DNA from: an uncultured Chloroflexia bacterium | GTDB lineage: Bacteria; Chloroflexota; Limnocylindria; Limnocylindrales; CSP1-4 | Direction: 5' to 3' | Assembly: GCA_963713975.1 (NCBI GenBank) | Contig: OY970218.1 | Coordinates: 3,560,742 to 3,624,741, forward strand | Length of the DNA stretch: 64,000 nt | Shown: positions 47,589-58,859 of the stretch, piece by piece | Numbering within the stretch: the first letter of the stretch is position 1 | Layout of the letters: each line of letters opens with the position of its first letter | Notes under the pieces: generated by a model | Database searches by the model: none | Told to the model about the DNA's origin: nothing | Seen by the model: the letters and a program-made list of their open reading frames with translations, nothing else | Translations under genes and position numbers: made by a program

Positions 47589-48272
47589 TCAACCCGCCGC
47601 ATGCTCCGCGGCGGGAGCGATCCCGGCGGCCGTGAGCGCCACGTCGATGGCCGCGCCGACCTCCGCGATGCCGAGGAGTCCGTCGACGGTGACCAGGACG
47701 CCGGACGACCGGTAGTGCTCGATCACCTCGGACAGGGCACCGAGCTGCTGGTCCAGCCGGGCGCGGATCGTCTCGGGCTGGTCGTCCACGCGCTGGTAGA
47801 GCTCGGAGCCATCGAGGTCGCAGACCCCGGCGACCCGTGGCGGACTGAACACCTCGTGGTAGGGGTGCCCGGACGCGCGGCAGATCCAGCGTCCGGACAT
47901 GCGGCCCACGAGGACGTCGCCCGGGACGTCCACGAGGACGGCCGCCGAAACGGCCGCGCCGCGCGCCGTGAGCGCCTCGTCGAGGACCGCGGCCTGTGCC
48001 GCCGTCCGCGGGAACCCGTCCAGGATGACCCCTTCGGCCGCATCCTGGCGGGCCAGGCGGTCCTGCAGGAGTCGGACGGTGATCTCATCCGGGACGAGCT
48101 GCCCGGCGTCCATGTAGCGACGGGCCTCGATCCCCATCGGCGTCCCGTCCCGGACGGCCTCCCGGAACAGGGCACCGGTGGCGACGACCGGGAGCCCGAG
48201 CCGTGCTTCGAGCAGCGGGGCCTGGGTCCCCTTGCCGGCGCCGGGGGCGCCGAGAAGCACGACCACGTTCAC
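47589..48272 (-). CDS. adk: Adenylate kinase
   Basis: LLGAPGAGKGTQA, GQLVPD, LDGFPRT, LID domain, QRVDD. Confidence 0.97.
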   Translation of the reverse strand: MNVVVLLGAPGAGKGTQAPLLEARLGLPVVATGALFREAVRDGTPMGIEARRYMDAGQLVPDEITVRLLQDRLARQDAAEGVILDGFPRTAAQAAVLDEALTARGAAVSAAVLVDVPGDVLVGRMSGRWICRASGHPYHEVFSPPRVAGVCDLDGSELYQRVDDQPETIRARLDQQLGALSEVIEHYRSSGVLVTVDGLLGIAEVGAAIDVALTAAGIAPAAEHAAG

Positions 48273-49546
48273 CGGATGAAGCCTTCGTACTGCCTGATGA
48301 GCAGCTGTGCCTCGAGCTGCTTCATCGTCTCGACGACCACGGACACCACGATCAGGATGCCCGTGCCGCCCAGCGCGAGCCCGCTCAGCTGCGGCTGGAT
48401 CATCCCGATGAAGGGCGGCAGCGCCGCCACTATGCCCAGGAACAGGGCACCGGCGACGGTGATCCGGGTGACCACCCGCGCCAGGTAGTCCTGGGTGGGC
48501 CGGCCGGGCCGGATCCCCGGGATGAACCCGCCGTTCTTGCGCAGCTGCTCGGCCGTCTCGTCCGGCTTGAACGTGAACGCCGTGTAGAAGTAGGTGAAGC
48601 CGAACGTGAGCAGGAAGTACAGGATCACGTACAGCCACGATCCCTGCGACAGCCAGGTGGTGATGCCCGTCGCGATCTCCCCGACCAATCCCGGCGAGCT
48701 CGTGAAGTAGCTTGCGATCTGGGCCGGGAAGAGCAGGATGCTGACCGCGAAGATGATCGGGATGACACCTGCCTGGTTGACCCGGAGCGGCAGGAACGTC
48801 TGGCCGCCCTGGTACATGCGGCGTCCGCGCACGCGGGACGCGTACTGGATCGGAATTCGACGCTGGCCTTCCTGGATGTAGATGATCACCGCGACGGCGG
48901 CGATCGCCAGGATGCCGAACAGCACGAGCCGCGCGAGATCCGGGCTGTTGATGAAGGAGAGCACGGCGCCCGGCGCCCGGCTGACGATGCCCGCGAAGAT
49001 GATGAAGCTGACGCCGTTGCCGATCCCCTTCTCCGTGATCAGCTCGCCGATCCACATCAGGGTGATCGAGCCGGCCGTGAGGGTGACGATCTGGGTCAGC
49101 GTCTCCCAGCTGCCGAGGTCGAACGGCGTCGAGAGGACGCCGTTGGCATTCAGGAGCGCCATGAACCCGTAGGCCTGCAGGAGGGCCAGCGGCACCGACA
49201 GGTAGCGCGTGTACTGGTTGATCTTGGTCCGGCCGTACTCACCCTCGCGCTGGAGCGCCTGCAGCGAGGGGACGACGCCCGTCATCAGCTGCATGATGAT
49301 CGACGCGTTGATGTACGGGTTCACGCCCAGGGCAACGACCGAGAAGTTGGTCAGGCCACCGCCGGAGAACAGGTCGAGCAACCCGAAGATCGGGCTCTGC
49401 TCGAGGAAGTTCGCGAGCTGCGTGCGGTCGACGCCCGGAACCGGCACGTGGGCCAGCAGTCGGAAGACCAGCAGCATCCCCGCGACGAACATGATCCGGC
49501 GCCGGAGATCCGGCGCCCGGAACGCGTTGAGGAGGGCCTCGAACAC
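48269..49546 (-). CDS. secY: Preprotein translocase SecY
   Basis: LGVNPYINASIIMQL, GIGNGVS, AGVIPIIFA, GGFIPGIRPG. Confidence 0.99.
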   Translation of the reverse strand: MFEALLNAFRAPDLRRRIMFVAGMLLVFRLLAHVPVPGVDRTQLANFLEQSPIFGLLDLFSGGGLTNFSVVALGVNPYINASIIMQLMTGVVPSLQALQREGEYGRTKINQYTRYLSVPLALLQAYGFMALLNANGVLSTPFDLGSWETLTQIVTLTAGSITLMWIGELITEKGIGNGVSFIIFAGIVSRAPGAVLSFINSPDLARLVLFGILAIAAVAVIIYIQEGQRRIPIQYASRVRGRRMYQGGQTFLPLRVNQAGVIPIIFAVSILLFPAQIASYFTSSPGLVGEIATGITTWLSQGSWLYVILYFLLTFGFTYFYTAFTFKPDETAEQLRKNGGFIPGIRPGRPTQDYLARVVTRITVAGALFLGIVAALPPFIGMIQPQLSGLALGGTGILIVVSVVVETMKQLEAQLLIRQYEGFIR

Positions 49547-49552
49547 GGGCTG

Positions 49553-50131
49553 TTAGCCGTTGTCGGTCGTGTCGTCGGCCGCATCGGCCACGGGGGCCGC
49601 GACCGCCGGCTCGCCGGCAGGCTCGACGCCGAGCGCCGGGAGCGGCTCACTGGGGATCTCGATCACCTGGGCCGTGCCGCCGGCCGCCTCGATCTTCTCG
49701 CGAGCGGTCCGGGTGAAGGCGTCGGCGAGTACGAACAGCTTGGCCGAGACCTCGCCGTCGCCCAGGATCTTGAGCGGCAGCCGGTCGCGTCGGACGAGGC
49801 CCGCCGCCTTGAGGGTGTCGGCGTTGACCGTGACCGGCGCGCCCTTCTCCTGCTGCAGCCTGCCCGCCTCGATGGCGGCACTGATGGCGCCGACGTTGAC
49901 AACCTCGTAGGTGATGTCGTTGACGTTGCGGAAGCCGCGCAGCTTCGGGATCCGGATGTGAAGAGGCGTCTGGCCGCCCTCGAACCACGCGGGGATCGAG
50001 GCACCGGCGCGCGACTTCTGGCCCTTCGTGCCGCGGCCTGCGGTCTTGCCCTTGCCGGCGGCGATGCCGCGGCCGACGCGGGTCTTCTTGGTGACCGACC
50101 CCACGGCGGGGCGCAGGTCGTGGATCTTCAT
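49553..50131 (-). CDS. rplO: 50S ribosomal protein L15
   Basis: RVGRG, GKTAGRGTKGQKSR, FEGGQTPL. Confidence 0.97.
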   Translation of the reverse strand: MKIHDLRPAVGSVTKKTRVGRGIAAGKGKTAGRGTKGQKSRAGASIPAWFEGGQTPLHIRIPKLRGFRNVNDITYEVVNVGAISAAIEAGRLQQEKGAPVTVNADTLKAAGLVRRDRLPLKILGDGEVSAKLFVLADAFTRTAREKIEAAGGTAQVIEIPSEPLPALGVEPAGEPAVAAPVADAADDTTDNG

Positions 50132-50349
50132 CAGTTCGTCTCCGGGGTCGTCGCGTCCGCGCCCTCGGGGAGCTCCTCGACGGTCACGAGGAAGCGGACC
50201 TGGCGGACCATCCCGCGGACGGCAGGGTTGTCCGGCAGGGTCGACGTGCTGCCGATGCCATGCAGGCCCAGGGCGCGGATGGTCGCCCGGTTGCGGGCGA
50301 TGTGGCTGATGGTGCTCTTGGTCTGCGTGACGCGGAGCCTAGCGGCCAT
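50131..50349 (-). CDS. rpmD: 50S ribosomal protein L30
   Basis: [25 protein letters not shown]. Confidence 0.96.
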   Translation of the reverse strand: MAARLRVTQTKSTISHIARNRATIRALGLHGIGSTSTLPDNPAVRGMVRQVRFLVTVEELPEGADATTPETN

Positions 50350-50878
50350 CGGCCACCTCCGTCACCGCGGCCGGCTGGCCGGGCACGACCAGGCGGATCT
50401 TCACGCCACGCTGGCGAGCCACGTCCTCGACGGAGCGCAGGCTCGTGAGCGCGTTGAGCGTCGCCCGGGTCACGTTCACGGGGTTCGTGGACCCGTGGAT
50501 CTTGGACAGGATGTCGCGGATGCCCGCGGCCTCGACGACGGCGCGCACGGCGCCACCTGCGATGACGCCGGTCCCCTTGGAGGCCGGCTTGAGCAGCACG
50601 CGCGCGGCGGCGTACTCCTCGCGGACCTCGTGAGGGATCGTGCTCCCGACCATGGGAATGCGCACGATGTTCTTCTTGGCGTCTTCGACGCCCTTGCGGA
50701 TGGACTCCGGCACGTCACCGGCCTTGCCCAGGCCGACGCCGACATGGCCGTTGCCATCACCCACGACGATGACCGCCGAGAACGAGAAGCGCCGGCCGCC
50801 CTTGTGCACCTTGGCGACACGATTGATCTGGACGACGCGCTCCTCGAGCGCGAGCTTGTTGGGGTCGATGCGGGCCAC
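50339..50878 (-). CDS. rpsE: 30S ribosomal protein S5
   Basis: [23 protein letters not shown]. Confidence 0.98.
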   Translation of the reverse strand: MARIDPNKLALEERVVQINRVAKVHKGGRRFSFSAVIVVGDGNGHVGVGLGKAGDVPESIRKGVEDAKKNIVRIPMVGSTIPHEVREEYAAARVLLKPASKGTGVIAGGAVRAVVEAAGIRDILSKIHGSTNPVNVTRATLNALTSLRSVEDVARQRGVKIRLVVPGQPAAVTEVADGR

Positions 50879-50889
50879 AGGCGTTTCCT

Positions 50890-51255
50890 CTAGAAGTCGA
50901 GACCGGCCTCGCGGGCCGCCTCGGCGAGCGAGCGAACCCGCCCGTGGTACTGGAAGCCCGCCCGATCGAACACCACCTTCTCCACCCCGGCCGCCCTGGC
51001 GCGCTCGGCGACGAGCTGGCCGACGCGCTTGGCGTCGTCCATCTTCGTGCCGGAGGCGCCCTTGGAGCCGGACTCGAGCGAGGATGCGGCGGCGAGCGTG
51101 CTGCCGCTGGTGTCGTCGATGACCTGGGCGTAGATGTGACTGAGGCTCCGGAAGACCGCGAGGCGCGGGCGCGACCCGGTCCCGGAGAGGCGGAGGCGGA
51201 GCCGCTCGTGGCGCTTGATGCGCGAGGACGTGCGGCTGGCGGCGACCTTCTTCAT
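50890..51255 (-). CDS. rplR: 50S ribosomal protein L18
   Basis: [32 protein letters not shown]. Confidence 0.98.
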   Translation of the reverse strand: MKKVAASRTSSRIKRHERLRLRLSGTGSRPRLAVFRSLSHIYAQVIDDTSGSTLAAASSLESGSKGASGTKMDDAKRVGQLVAERARAAGVEKVVFDRAGFQYHGRVRSLAEAAREAGLDF

Positions 51256-51258
51256 GGG

Positions 51259-51810
51259 CTACTTCTTCCCGCCGATCTTGCCGGCCTTGCCCGCCTTGCG
51301 ACGGACCTTCTCGCCGGCATACCGGACGCCCTTGCCCTTGTAGGGTTCGGGCTTGCGGGTCGCGCGGACCTTGGCCGCCATCTGGCCGACGAGCTCCTTG
51401 TCGATGCCCACCACCGCGAGGCGGAGCGGGGTCTCGAGCTCGAAGCTGATGCCGGCAGGCGGATCGATCTCGACCGGGTGGCTGTAGCCGAGCGCGAGGA
51501 TGAGCTTCTCGCCCACCTTCTGCGCGCGGTACCCCACGCCGACGATCTCGAGGCCCTTGCGGTACCCGGCGGTCACGCCGACCACCATGTTGTTGACGAG
51601 CGTCCGCGTCAGGCCGTGGAGCGACTTGTCGAGCTTGGTCTCCGTGGGCCGGATGACCGTGAGCGTGTCGCCCTCGCGCTGGAACTCCATGCGCGGCGGC
51701 AGCTGCCGGGTCAGGGTCCCCTTGGGCCCGGCCACGGTGATGATGCGTCCGTCGAACGTGATGTCCACGCCTGCCGGGACGGTGATGGGTAGACGACCGA
51801 TACGGGACAT
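51259..51810 (-). CDS. rplF: 50S ribosomal protein L6
   Basis: [30 protein letters not shown]. Confidence 0.98.
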   Translation of the reverse strand: MSRIGRLPITVPAGVDITFDGRIITVAGPKGTLTRQLPPRMEFQREGDTLTVIRPTETKLDKSLHGLTRTLVNNMVVGVTAGYRKGLEIVGVGYRAQKVGEKLILALGYSHPVEIDPPAGISFELETPLRLAVVGIDKELVGQMAAKVRATRKPEPYKGKGVRYAGEKVRRKAGKAGKIGGKK

Positions 51811-51814
51811 CGGA

Positions 51815-52213
51815 CTACCAGACGTAGGCGAGGATCTCGCCACCCAGCTGGGCCTGCTTGGCCTCGCTGCCGGTCATGATCCCCTTCGACGTGCTGACGA
51901 TCACGATGCCCAGACCGCCGAGGACTCGCGGGATGTCCGTCTTCTGCGCGTAGACGCGCAGGCCCGGCTTGCTGATCCGCTTGAGGCCCGAGACGACCGG
52001 CACCTTGCCGTCGACGTACTTGAGTTGCAGGCGCAGGAGCTGCGTCGGTCCCTCGCGTTCCTCGCTGACGTCGGCGATGAAGCCTTCAGCCATGAGGATC
52101 CGCGCGATCTCGCGCTTGGTGCGCGAGGCGGGAACGATCACCTCCGTGTGGCGCGCCCGGGACGCGTTGCGAACACGCGTGAGCATGTCCGCGATCGGGT
52201 CGGAGACGTTCAT
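51815..52213 (-). CDS. rpsH: 30S ribosomal protein S8
   Basis: [30 protein letters not shown]. Confidence 0.98.
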   Translation of the reverse strand: MNVSDPIADMLTRVRNASRARHTEVIVPASRTKREIARILMAEGFIADVSEEREGPTQLLRLQLKYVDGKVPVVSGLKRISKPGLRVYAQKTDIPRVLGGLGIVIVSTSKGIMTGSEAKQAQLGGEILAYVW

Positions 52214-52217
52214 CTTC

Positions 52218-52403
52218 TTACCAGCTCGACTTCGTGACGCCGGGCAGCTCGCCGACGAGCGCGCGCTCGCGGAAGCAGATGCGGCACAGCGCGAAGCGGC
52301 GCATGTATGCGCGCGGCCTCCCGCACACGGAACAGCGGTGATACCCCTGAACCGGGTGCTTCGGCTCGCGGTTCGCTTTCGCGATCATGGACTTCTTGGC
52401 CAT
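52218..52403 (-). CDS. rpsN: 30S ribosomal protein S14 (type Z, zinc-binding)
   Basis: [26 protein letters not shown]; 61 aa. Confidence 0.98.
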   Translation of the reverse strand: MAKKSMIAKANREPKHPVQGYHRCSVCGRPRAYMRRFALCRICFRERALVGELPGVTKSSW

Positions 52404-52422
52404 CTGGACTCCTCCCCGCGCC

Positions 52423-52965
52423 CTAGCCGGCGAAGGGCATGCCGAGGAGTTCGAGCAGGCGCTTCGATTCCTCGTCGGTCTTCGCCGTCGTCACGATGCT
52501 GATCTCCAGCCCGCGGAGACGATCCACCTTGTCATAGTCGATCTCGGGAAAGGCAAGCTGCTCCCGGAGGCCGAGCGAGTAGTTGCCGCGCCCGTCGAAG
52601 GACTTGCTCGGGACGCCCCGGAAGTCACGGATGCGCGGCAGCGCGATCCGGGTGAGGCGCTCGAGGAAGTCCCACATCCGCTCGCCGCGAAGGGTCACCT
52701 TCACGCCGATCGGGTTGCCCGTGCGGACACGGAACTGGGCGATCGAACGCTTGGCCCGGGTGACGATCGGCTTCTGGCCCGTGATGAGCTGGATGTCTCC
52801 GACCGCCGCATCCACGGCTTTCGCGTTGCTGAGGGCCTCGCCCAGGCCGATGTTGACGACGATCTTGTCGACGCGCGGCACCTGCATCGGGTTCGTGTAC
52901 TCGAACTGCTTGCGCAGCGCGGGCACGACCTCCGCCGTGTAGCGCTCCTTGAGCTGGCCGCTCAC
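52423..52965 (-). CDS. rplE: 50S ribosomal protein L5
   Basis: [34 protein letters not shown]. Confidence 0.98.
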   Translation of the reverse strand: MSGQLKERYTAEVVPALRKQFEYTNPMQVPRVDKIVVNIGLGEALSNAKAVDAAVGDIQLITGQKPIVTRAKRSIAQFRVRTGNPIGVKVTLRGERMWDFLERLTRIALPRIRDFRGVPSKSFDGRGNYSLGLREQLAFPEIDYDKVDRLRGLEISIVTTAKTDEESKRLLELLGMPFAG

Positions 52966-53402
52966 GACTTCACCTCCAGGGGATCGGCGCAATGGAGGCA
53001 GACGCGGACCCGGGAGCCGTTGTCCAGGGTCCGGTGGCCGACCCGCGTGGGGCGATCACAGTGGCCGCACACGACCATGACCCGGCTGATCGGCATCGGC
53101 ATGGCGTGGTCCAGGATGCCGCCCGGATCGACGGTCGGCATGGAGCCCGGGCCACCCTGCGACCGCTGGCGCGGCTTGGTGTGCTTGCGAGCGATGTTGA
53201 GACCCTCGACGACCACGTAGGCGCCGCCCTTGAGTGACACCCGGCGGTAGCCGGAGCGGACGGCCGACGGCGACGGGTCGCGGCGGATCACCCGATCCAC
53301 CTTGCCGCGCTTGCCGGCGTCCTTGCCCGCGATCACGATCACGGTGTCGCCCTTGCGGATCTCGGGCACCTTCGTCTGGTGCTCGATCGACCGTGTGGTC
53401 AT
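52962..53402 (-). CDS. rplX: 50S ribosomal protein L24 with insertions
   Basis: [39 protein letters not shown]. Confidence 0.95.
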   Translation of the reverse strand: MTTRSIEHQTKVPEIRKGDTVIVIAGKDAGKRGKVDRVIRRDPSPSAVRSGYRRVSLKGGAYVVVEGLNIARKHTKPRQRSQGGPGSMPTVDPGGILDHAMPMPISRVMVVCGHCDRPTRVGHRTLDNGSRVRVCLHCADPLEVKS

Positions 53403-53770
53403 CACAGCACCTCCGGGGCGAGCGAGACGATCTTCATGTAGTTGCGGTCCCGGAGCTCGCGCGCCACGGGCCCGAAGATCCGGGTGCCGCGCGGGTTGCC
53501 CTGGTTGTTGATCAGCACGGCGGCGTTCTCGTCGAAGCGGATGTAGCTGCCATCCGGCCGGCCGACCTCCTTCGACGTGCGGACGATCACCGCCCGGACG
53601 ACGTCGCCCTTCTTGACCGGTGCGTTCGGGGTCGCGGTCTTGACGCTCGCCACGATCACGTCACCGATCCCGGCGACGGTCTTGCGCGAGCGCCCCATCA
53701 CCCGGATGCACTCGATCGTCCGGGCGCCGGTGTTGTCGGCGACGCGGAGGCGGGTGGAAGCCTGGATCAC
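53402..53770 (-). CDS. rplN: 50S ribosomal protein L14
   Basis: [29 protein letters not shown]. Confidence 0.99.
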   Translation of the reverse strand: MIQASTRLRVADNTGARTIECIRVMGRSRKTVAGIGDVIVASVKTATPNAPVKKGDVVRAVIVRTSKEVGRPDGSYIRFDENAAVLINNQGNPRGTRIFGPVARELRDRNYMKIVSLAPEVL

Positions 53771-54150
53771 GCCTCGCCCTCCTCACCCTCGGCCTGCTTG
53801 CCGGGGTGGGCGCCGTGGATCGCCTCGGTGGTCGCGGCCTCCTCGGCCGGGATCACCTCGCCGGCCCGCTCCTCGCCCGAACGGGAGAGGACGGACACCA
53901 GGCGCCAGCGCTTGGTGGCCGAGAGGGGGCGCGATTCCTCGATCAGGACGGTGTCGCCGATCTTGGCCTCGTTGAGCTCGTCGTGGGCCGCGAACTTGGT
54001 CGAGGCCTTCATGACGCGCTTGTAGAGCGGGTGACGCGTCAGGCGCTCGACGGACACGACGATCGTCTTGTCCATCTTGTCGCTGACAACGCGACCGGTC
54101 TTGGTCTTGCGTTGTCCCTTCACGGGTGTTGTGGCTCCTGCGGTGGGCAT
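53767..54150 (-). CDS. rpsQ: 30S ribosomal protein S17
   Basis: [32 protein letters not shown]. Confidence 0.97.
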   Translation of the reverse strand: MPTAGATTPVKGQRKTKTGRVVSDKMDKTIVVSVERLTRHPLYKRVMKASTKFAAHDELNEAKIGDTVLIEESRPLSATKRWRLVSVLSRSGEERAGEVIPAEEAATTEAIHGAHPGKQAEGEEGEA

Positions 54151-54160
54151 CCCGACGCTC

Positions 54161-54367
54161 CTACTCGGCCGAGCGCGGCGCGGTGGCGCGCTCGCGCTGG
54201 ACGGTGAGGATCCGGGCGATCGTCCGTCGTGTCGCCGGGATCTGGCTGTAGTCCTTGAGCTGGCGGGTCGACAGGGCGAACCTGGCCTGCCAGAGATCCT
54301 GCTTGGCCTCCCGGAGCTGGTCGTCGAGCTCGCGATCCGTCAGCTTCCGGACCTCACCGATCTCCAT
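54161..54367 (-). CDS. rpmC: 50S ribosomal protein L29
   Basis: [20 protein letters not shown]. Confidence 0.95.
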   Translation of the reverse strand: MEIGEVRKLTDRELDDQLREAKQDLWQARFALSTRQLKDYSQIPATRRTIARILTVQRERATAPRSAE

Positions 54368-54791
54368 CGGTGACCTCCTTCGCGGTCTCGCGGACGACGA
54401 CACGGGTCGCGACCGGGAGCTTGTGGGACGCGAGGCGCATGGCCTCGACGGCCGCCTCGCGATCGACGCCGGCCATCTCGAACAGGATCCGGCCTGGGCG
54501 CACGACGGCGACCCAGTGATCCGGAGCGCCCTTGCCCGAGCCCATCCGGGTCTCGGCCGGCTTCTTGGTCGCAGGCTTGTCGGGGAACACGCGGATCCAG
54601 ATCTTTCCGCCTCGCTTGACCGAGCGGGTCATGGCGCGCCGGGCGGCCTCGATCTGGCGGGCGGTGATCCACGCCGGCTCGAGGGTGGCCAGCCCGTACT
54701 CGCCGAAGGCGACCGTGTGGCCGCCCTTGGCCTGTCCGGACATGCGGCCACGCATCACCTTGCGGTGCTTGACGCGTCGCGGCATCAGCAT
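54354..54791 (-). CDS. rplP: 50S ribosomal protein L16
   Basis: [27 protein letters not shown]. Confidence 0.98.
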   Translation of the reverse strand: MLMPRRVKHRKVMRGRMSGQAKGGHTVAFGEYGLATLEPAWITARQIEAARRAMTRSVKRGGKIWIRVFPDKPATKKPAETRMGSGKGAPDHWVAVVRPGRILFEMAGVDREAAVEAMRLASHKLPVATRVVVRETAKEVTDGDR

Positions 54792-54795
54792 GGCG

Positions 54796-55488
54796 TCAGA
54801 CCCCCTGCGCGGCGCCGGCCGCGGCACTGACGGTCGCGGCAGCAGCCTCGCGGCGCTTGCGCTCGACCGGGATCTCGCCCTTGTAGATCCAGACCTTGAC
54901 GCCGATCCGACCGTAGGTCGTGTGGGCGTGGACCTGGCCGTAGCTGATGTCGGCGCGCAGCGTGCCGAGGGGAATGCGCCCCTCGCGGTCCCACTCGCGC
55001 CGGCCCATCTCGGAGCCGCCGAGTCGACCGGCGAGGGCGATCTTGACGCCCTTGGCGCCCGCCTTCATCGACCGCTGGATCGACTGCTTCATCGCCTTCT
55101 TGTAGGCGACGCGGCGGGTCAGCTGCTGGGCGATGTTGAGGGCGACGAGGTACGCATCAAGCTCGGGCTGGCGGATCTCCTTGATCTCCAGCTTGACCTT
55201 GCGCTTCGAGAGCTCGCCGATCTCCTTGCGCAGGATCTCGACGTTCTGGCCGCCGCGCCCGATGACGATGCCCGGCTTCGCGGTGTGGATCGAGACCGTG
55301 ACGTGGTTGATTCCACGCTCGATCTCGATGCCGCTCACGCTGGCGTTCGCCAGCCGCCGCTCGAGCAGCCGCCGGATCGAGATGTCCTCCCTGAGGAGGT
55401 CTGTGTACTCCTTGTCGGCGTACCACTTGGCAGTCCACGTTCGGGTGTAGCCCAGGCGGTAGCCATACGGATGGACCTTGTGTCCCAT
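54796..55488 (-). CDS. rpsC: 30S ribosomal protein S3
   Basis: [40 protein letters not shown]. Confidence 0.98.
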   Translation of the reverse strand: MGHKVHPYGYRLGYTRTWTAKWYADKEYTDLLREDISIRRLLERRLANASVSGIEIERGINHVTVSIHTAKPGIVIGRGGQNVEILRKEIGELSKRKVKLEIKEIRQPELDAYLVALNIAQQLTRRVAYKKAMKQSIQRSMKAGAKGVKIALAGRLGGSEMGRREWDREGRIPLGTLRADISYGQVHAHTTYGRIGVKVWIYKGEIPVERKRREAAAATVSAAAGAAQGV

Positions 55489-55490
55489 GC

Positions 55491-55829
55491 CTAGGCCTCC
55501 CGGTCGGCGACGACGATCGTGATGTGGGTCATGGGCTTGTGGATCGGGAACGCCCGACCCTGGGCCCGCGGACGCCAACGCTTGATCGTCGGGCCTTCGT
55601 TCGCGATCGCGTCCGCGATGAAGAGCTCATCGGCGGAGCGGTTCATGTTGTTCTCGGCGTTGGCCGTCGCGCTCTTCAGCACGCGCGCGACATCGCGCGC
55701 GGCCGCCTGCGGCATGAACCGCAGGAGCGCAGCGGCCTCCTCCACCGGCTTGCCCTTGATCGCCTCGGTGATGAGGCGGGCCTTCCGGGTGGAGCCGCGC
55801 AGGTACTTGGCTGTGGCAGAGACGCGCAC
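55491..55829 (-). CDS. rplV: 50S ribosomal protein L22
   Basis: [29 protein letters not shown]. Confidence 0.97.
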   Translation of the reverse strand: MRVSATAKYLRGSTRKARLITEAIKGKPVEEAAALLRFMPQAAARDVARVLKSATANAENNMNRSADELFIADAIANEGPTIKRWRPRAQGRAFPIHKPMTHITIVVADREA

Positions 55830-55842
55830 GTCGTTGGCTCCT

Positions 55843-56127
55843 CTACCGCAGTCCGCCGGACCGGTCGGCGTTCTTGCCGTGCCCGCGATAGGTGCGGGTG
55901 GGGGCAAACTCGCCGAGGCGGTGTCCGACCATGTTCTCGGTGACGTACACCGGCACGTGCTTCCTGCCGTTGTAGACGGCAATCGTGTGCCCGATGAAGT
56001 CCGGGAAGATCACGGACGCGCGCGACCAGGTCTTCAAGACCTTGCGCTCGCTCCGCTTGTTCATGTCCTGCACCCTGGCGAGAAGCCGGGGCTGGACGAA
56101 CGGTCCCTTCTTGACCGATCGCGACAT
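55843..56127 (-). CDS. rpsS: 30S ribosomal protein S19
   Basis: [28 protein letters not shown]. Confidence 0.98.
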   Translation of the reverse strand: MSRSVKKGPFVQPRLLARVQDMNKRSERKVLKTWSRASVIFPDFIGHTIAVYNGRKHVPVYVTENMVGHRLGEFAPTRTYRGHGKNADRSGGLR

Positions 56128-56141
56128 GCTCTAGCTCCTCT

Positions 56142-56972
56142 CTATGCCTTGCGATGGCGGCTGCGGACGATGAGCCTGCTCGTCGTCTTGCCGCGCCGGG
56201 TCCGGTAACCCATCGCCGGCTTGCCCCAGGGGGTCTTGGGCGGCATGCCGGTGGGACTCTTGCCCTCACCACCGCCGTGCGGGTGATCCCGCGGGGTCAT
56301 CGCCACGCCGCGGACCTCCGGACGCCTGCCCATGTGGCGGGCGCGCCCGGCCTTGCCGAGGCTCTGGTTCTCGTGATCGAGGTTGCTGACCTGGCCGACG
56401 GTCGCGATGCAGCGAAGCGGCACGCGACGCATCTCGCCCGACGGCAGCCGGACGGTGGCGTAGTCGCCTTCCTTGGCCAGGAGCTGGGCAGACGTGCCGG
56501 CGGACCGGACGATCTGGCCGCCCTTGCCCGGCACGAGCTCGATGTTGTGGATCGTGGTGCCGAGCGGGATGTTCGCCAGCGGCATCGCGTTGCCCACCCG
56601 AGCCTCGGCGTTCGGGCCGGAGACGATGATGTCGCCGACCTTGAGGCCGTGGGGGAGGAGCATGTAGCGCTTCTCGCCGTCCCGGTAGTGGAGCAGGCCG
56701 ATCCGCGCGGAGCGGTTCGGGTCGTACTCGATCGTCGCGAGACGGGCGGGCACGCCGAACTTGTCGCGCTTGAAGTCGATCCGCCGGTAGTGGGTCTTCT
56801 CGCCGCCACCGCGATGGCGCACGGTGAGGCGACCCTGGTTGTTCCGACCGGAGCCGCGCTTCATCGGCTCGAGGAGCGGCTTGTGCGGGGTGTCGGTGGT
56901 GATCTCCTCGAAGGTCGAGCGAGTCATGAACCGGCGACCGGGCGAGGTTGCCTTGTAGCTTCGCAGCGGCAT
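56142..56972 (-). CDS. rplB: 50S ribosomal protein L2
   Basis: [27 protein letters not shown]. Confidence 0.98.
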   Translation of the reverse strand: MPLRSYKATSPGRRFMTRSTFEEITTDTPHKPLLEPMKRGSGRNNQGRLTVRHRGGGEKTHYRRIDFKRDKFGVPARLATIEYDPNRSARIGLLHYRDGEKRYMLLPHGLKVGDIIVSGPNAEARVGNAMPLANIPLGTTIHNIELVPGKGGQIVRSAGTSAQLLAKEGDYATVRLPSGEMRRVPLRCIATVGQVSNLDHENQSLGKAGRARHMGRRPEVRGVAMTPRDHPHGGGEGKSPTGMPPKTPWGKPAMGYRTRRGKTTSRLIVRSRHRKA

Positions 56973-56974
56973 TC

Positions 56975-57289
56975 CTACACCCCCTCGAAGAATTCGATCT
57001 TCTGGCCGGGGGCCAGGGTGACGATGGCCTTGCGCCACGAGGACGTGTAGCCGGTGACCCGGCCGCGCTTCGTGCCGCGCCGCTTCTCCTTCGACTTCGT
57101 CGTCAGCACGTTGACGGCGACCACGGTCACCTTCTCCTTGCTGTACAGCTCCTCGACGGCGGCCTTGATCTGGATCTTGTTCGCCTTCTCGTGGACGGCG
57201 AAGGTGTACTTGCCGCGCCCGGACTCGTCGATGGACTTCTCGGAGATCACGGGGCGGAGGATGATGTCGGCGGCGGTCAGGGCGCTCAC
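56975..57289 (-). CDS. rplW: 50S ribosomal protein L23
   Basis: [27 protein letters not shown]. Confidence 0.97.
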   Translation of the reverse strand: MSALTAADIILRPVISEKSIDESGRGKYTFAVHEKANKIQIKAAVEELYSKEKVTVVAVNVLTTKSKEKRRGTKRGRVTGYTSSWRKAIVTLAPGQKIEFFEGV

Positions 57290-57924
57290 GCGTACACCTC
57301 CTCCATGCGGGCCAGCGCCGGCTGCTCGATCAGCACCGCGTCCGCGTTGAGCAGGTCCACGACGTTGAGCGAGTCGGCGAGGATCACCGACACGGACGGC
57401 AGGTTCGCGGCAGACCGCAGGAGCATCTCGTCCTTCGCCGGGGCGACGACGAGGACGCGCCGCTCGTGGCCGTCGCCGGCACCGAGGGCCGCCAGCACGC
57501 CGGCGAACACCTTGGTCCGGGGCTCTGCGTCCATGCCGAAGTGGTCGACGACGCGGATGGCGTCGTCGCCGAACTTCGCGGTCAGCGCCGAGCGCAGCGC
57601 CAGGCGGCGCATCTTCTTGGGCAGCTTCTGCTCGTAGGAGCGCGGGTGGGGGCCGAACACGACGCCGCCGCCCTGGTAGTGCGGAGCGGTGCGCGAGCCC
57701 TGGCGGGCGCGGCCGGTGCCCTTCTGGCGGTACGGCTTCTTGCCGCCACCACGGACCTCGCCGCGGGTCTTGGTGTCGCTCGTCCCGAGCCGGCGGCCGG
57801 CCAGCTGGGCGACGACCGCCTGGTGGAGGACGGCCTCGTTCACCGGCGCTGCGAACAGCATCTCGGCGAGGTCGACGCTCCCGACGGCGGCGCCGGTGCG
57901 ATCGTAGAGGGTGGTCTGCGGCAT
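57286..57924 (-). CDS. rplD: 50S ribosomal protein L4
   Basis: [35 protein letters not shown]. Confidence 0.98.
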   Translation of the reverse strand: MPQTTLYDRTGAAVGSVDLAEMLFAAPVNEAVLHQAVVAQLAGRRLGTSDTKTRGEVRGGGKKPYRQKGTGRARQGSRTAPHYQGGGVVFGPHPRSYEQKLPKKMRRLALRSALTAKFGDDAIRVVDHFGMDAEPRTKVFAGVLAALGAGDGHERRVLVVAPAKDEMLLRSAANLPSVSVILADSLNVVDLLNADAVLIEQPALARMEEVYA

Positions 57925-57926
57925 CG

Positions 57927-58538
57927 TCACGCCTTCCGGACGAAGGTGAGCGCGCCGGGGGCGCCGGGGACCGATCCCTTGACGAGGATCAGGTTCCGCT
58001 CGGCGTCAACGCGGACGACACGCAGCTTCTTGATCGTGACCCGCTCGTGTCCCATGTGGCCACTCATCTTGAGGCCCTTGTAGACGCGACCGGGCGTGGT
58101 GCCGGGGCCGATGGAGCCCGGCCTGCGGTAGTTGTCCGAGCCGTGGGTCTTGGGACCGCGCGAGAAGTTGTGGCGCTTCACGGTGCCCGCGAAGCCCTGG
58201 CCCTTGCTGATGCCGGTCACGTCGACCAGGTCGCCCTCGGCGAAGATCTCGCCGACGGTCAGCTGCTGGCCGACGGCGTAGCCATCCACGTCGTCCAGCC
58301 GGAACTCGCGGATGTTGCGCACCCGCGGCAGGTCCTTGAGCTGGCCGGCGAGCGGCTTCGTCAGCTTCTTGCGCTCGCCGGCGCCGAGCTGGACGGCCGT
58401 GTAGCCGTCACGATCGTCCGTCCGGAGACGCGTCACGGTGTTGGGGGTGAGCTCCACGACCGAGACGGCGACCATGGTCCCGTCCGGCTGGAACACCTGT
58501 GTCATGCCGACCTTGCGGCCGATCAGGCCAATGCTCTC
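57927..58538 (-). CDS. rplC: 50S ribosomal protein L3 (canonical start codon missing as sequenced)
   Basis: ..[38 protein letters not shown]; the expected start position reads GAG. Confidence 0.95.
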   Translation of the reverse strand, partial: ESIGLIGRKVGMTQVFQPDGTMVAVSVVELTPNTVTRLRTDDRDGYTAVQLGAGERKKLTKPLAGQLKDLPRVRNIREFRLDDVDGYAVGQQLTVGEIFAEGDLVDVTGISKGQGFAGTVKRHNFSRGPKTHGSDNYRRPGSIGPGTTPGRVYKGLKMSGHMGHERVTIKKLRVVRVDAERNLILVKGSVPGAPGALTFVRKA

Positions 58539-58546
58539 GATCCGCC

Positions 58547-58855
58547 CTACATCTTGATTTCGATGTCGACGCCCGCGGCAAGCGAGAGTCGCATCAGGGC
58601 GTCGACCGTCTTCGACGAGGGGTCCAGGATGTCGATGAGCCGCTTGTGGGTGCGGATCTCGAACTGCTCCCGGGAGTCCTTGTCGATGAACGGCGACCGC
58701 AGGACGGTGAACTTCTCGATCCGGGTCGGCAGCGGGACCGGTCCGACGACGTCGGCGCCGGTGCGCTGAGCCGTCTCGACGATCTGGGCTGCCGACTGGT
58801 CGAGCAGCCGGTGGTCGTAGGCCTTGAGGCGGATCCGGATCCGCTGCTTCGCCAT
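58547..58855 (-). CDS. rpsJ: 30S ribosomal protein S10
   Basis: [29 protein letters not shown]. Confidence 0.99.
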   Translation of the reverse strand: MAKQRIRIRLKAYDHRLLDQSAAQIVETAQRTGADVVGPVPLPTRIEKFTVLRSPFIDKDSREQFEIRTHKRLIDILDPSSKTVDALMRLSLAAGVDIEIKM

Positions 58856-58859
58856 CTCG

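Noticed and set aside
48203-50893. 896-aa plus-strand ORF and similar long antisense ORFs across the ribosomal cluster and glp operon
   Set aside because: Reverse-frame artefacts of strong GC3 codon bias over clearly identified genes
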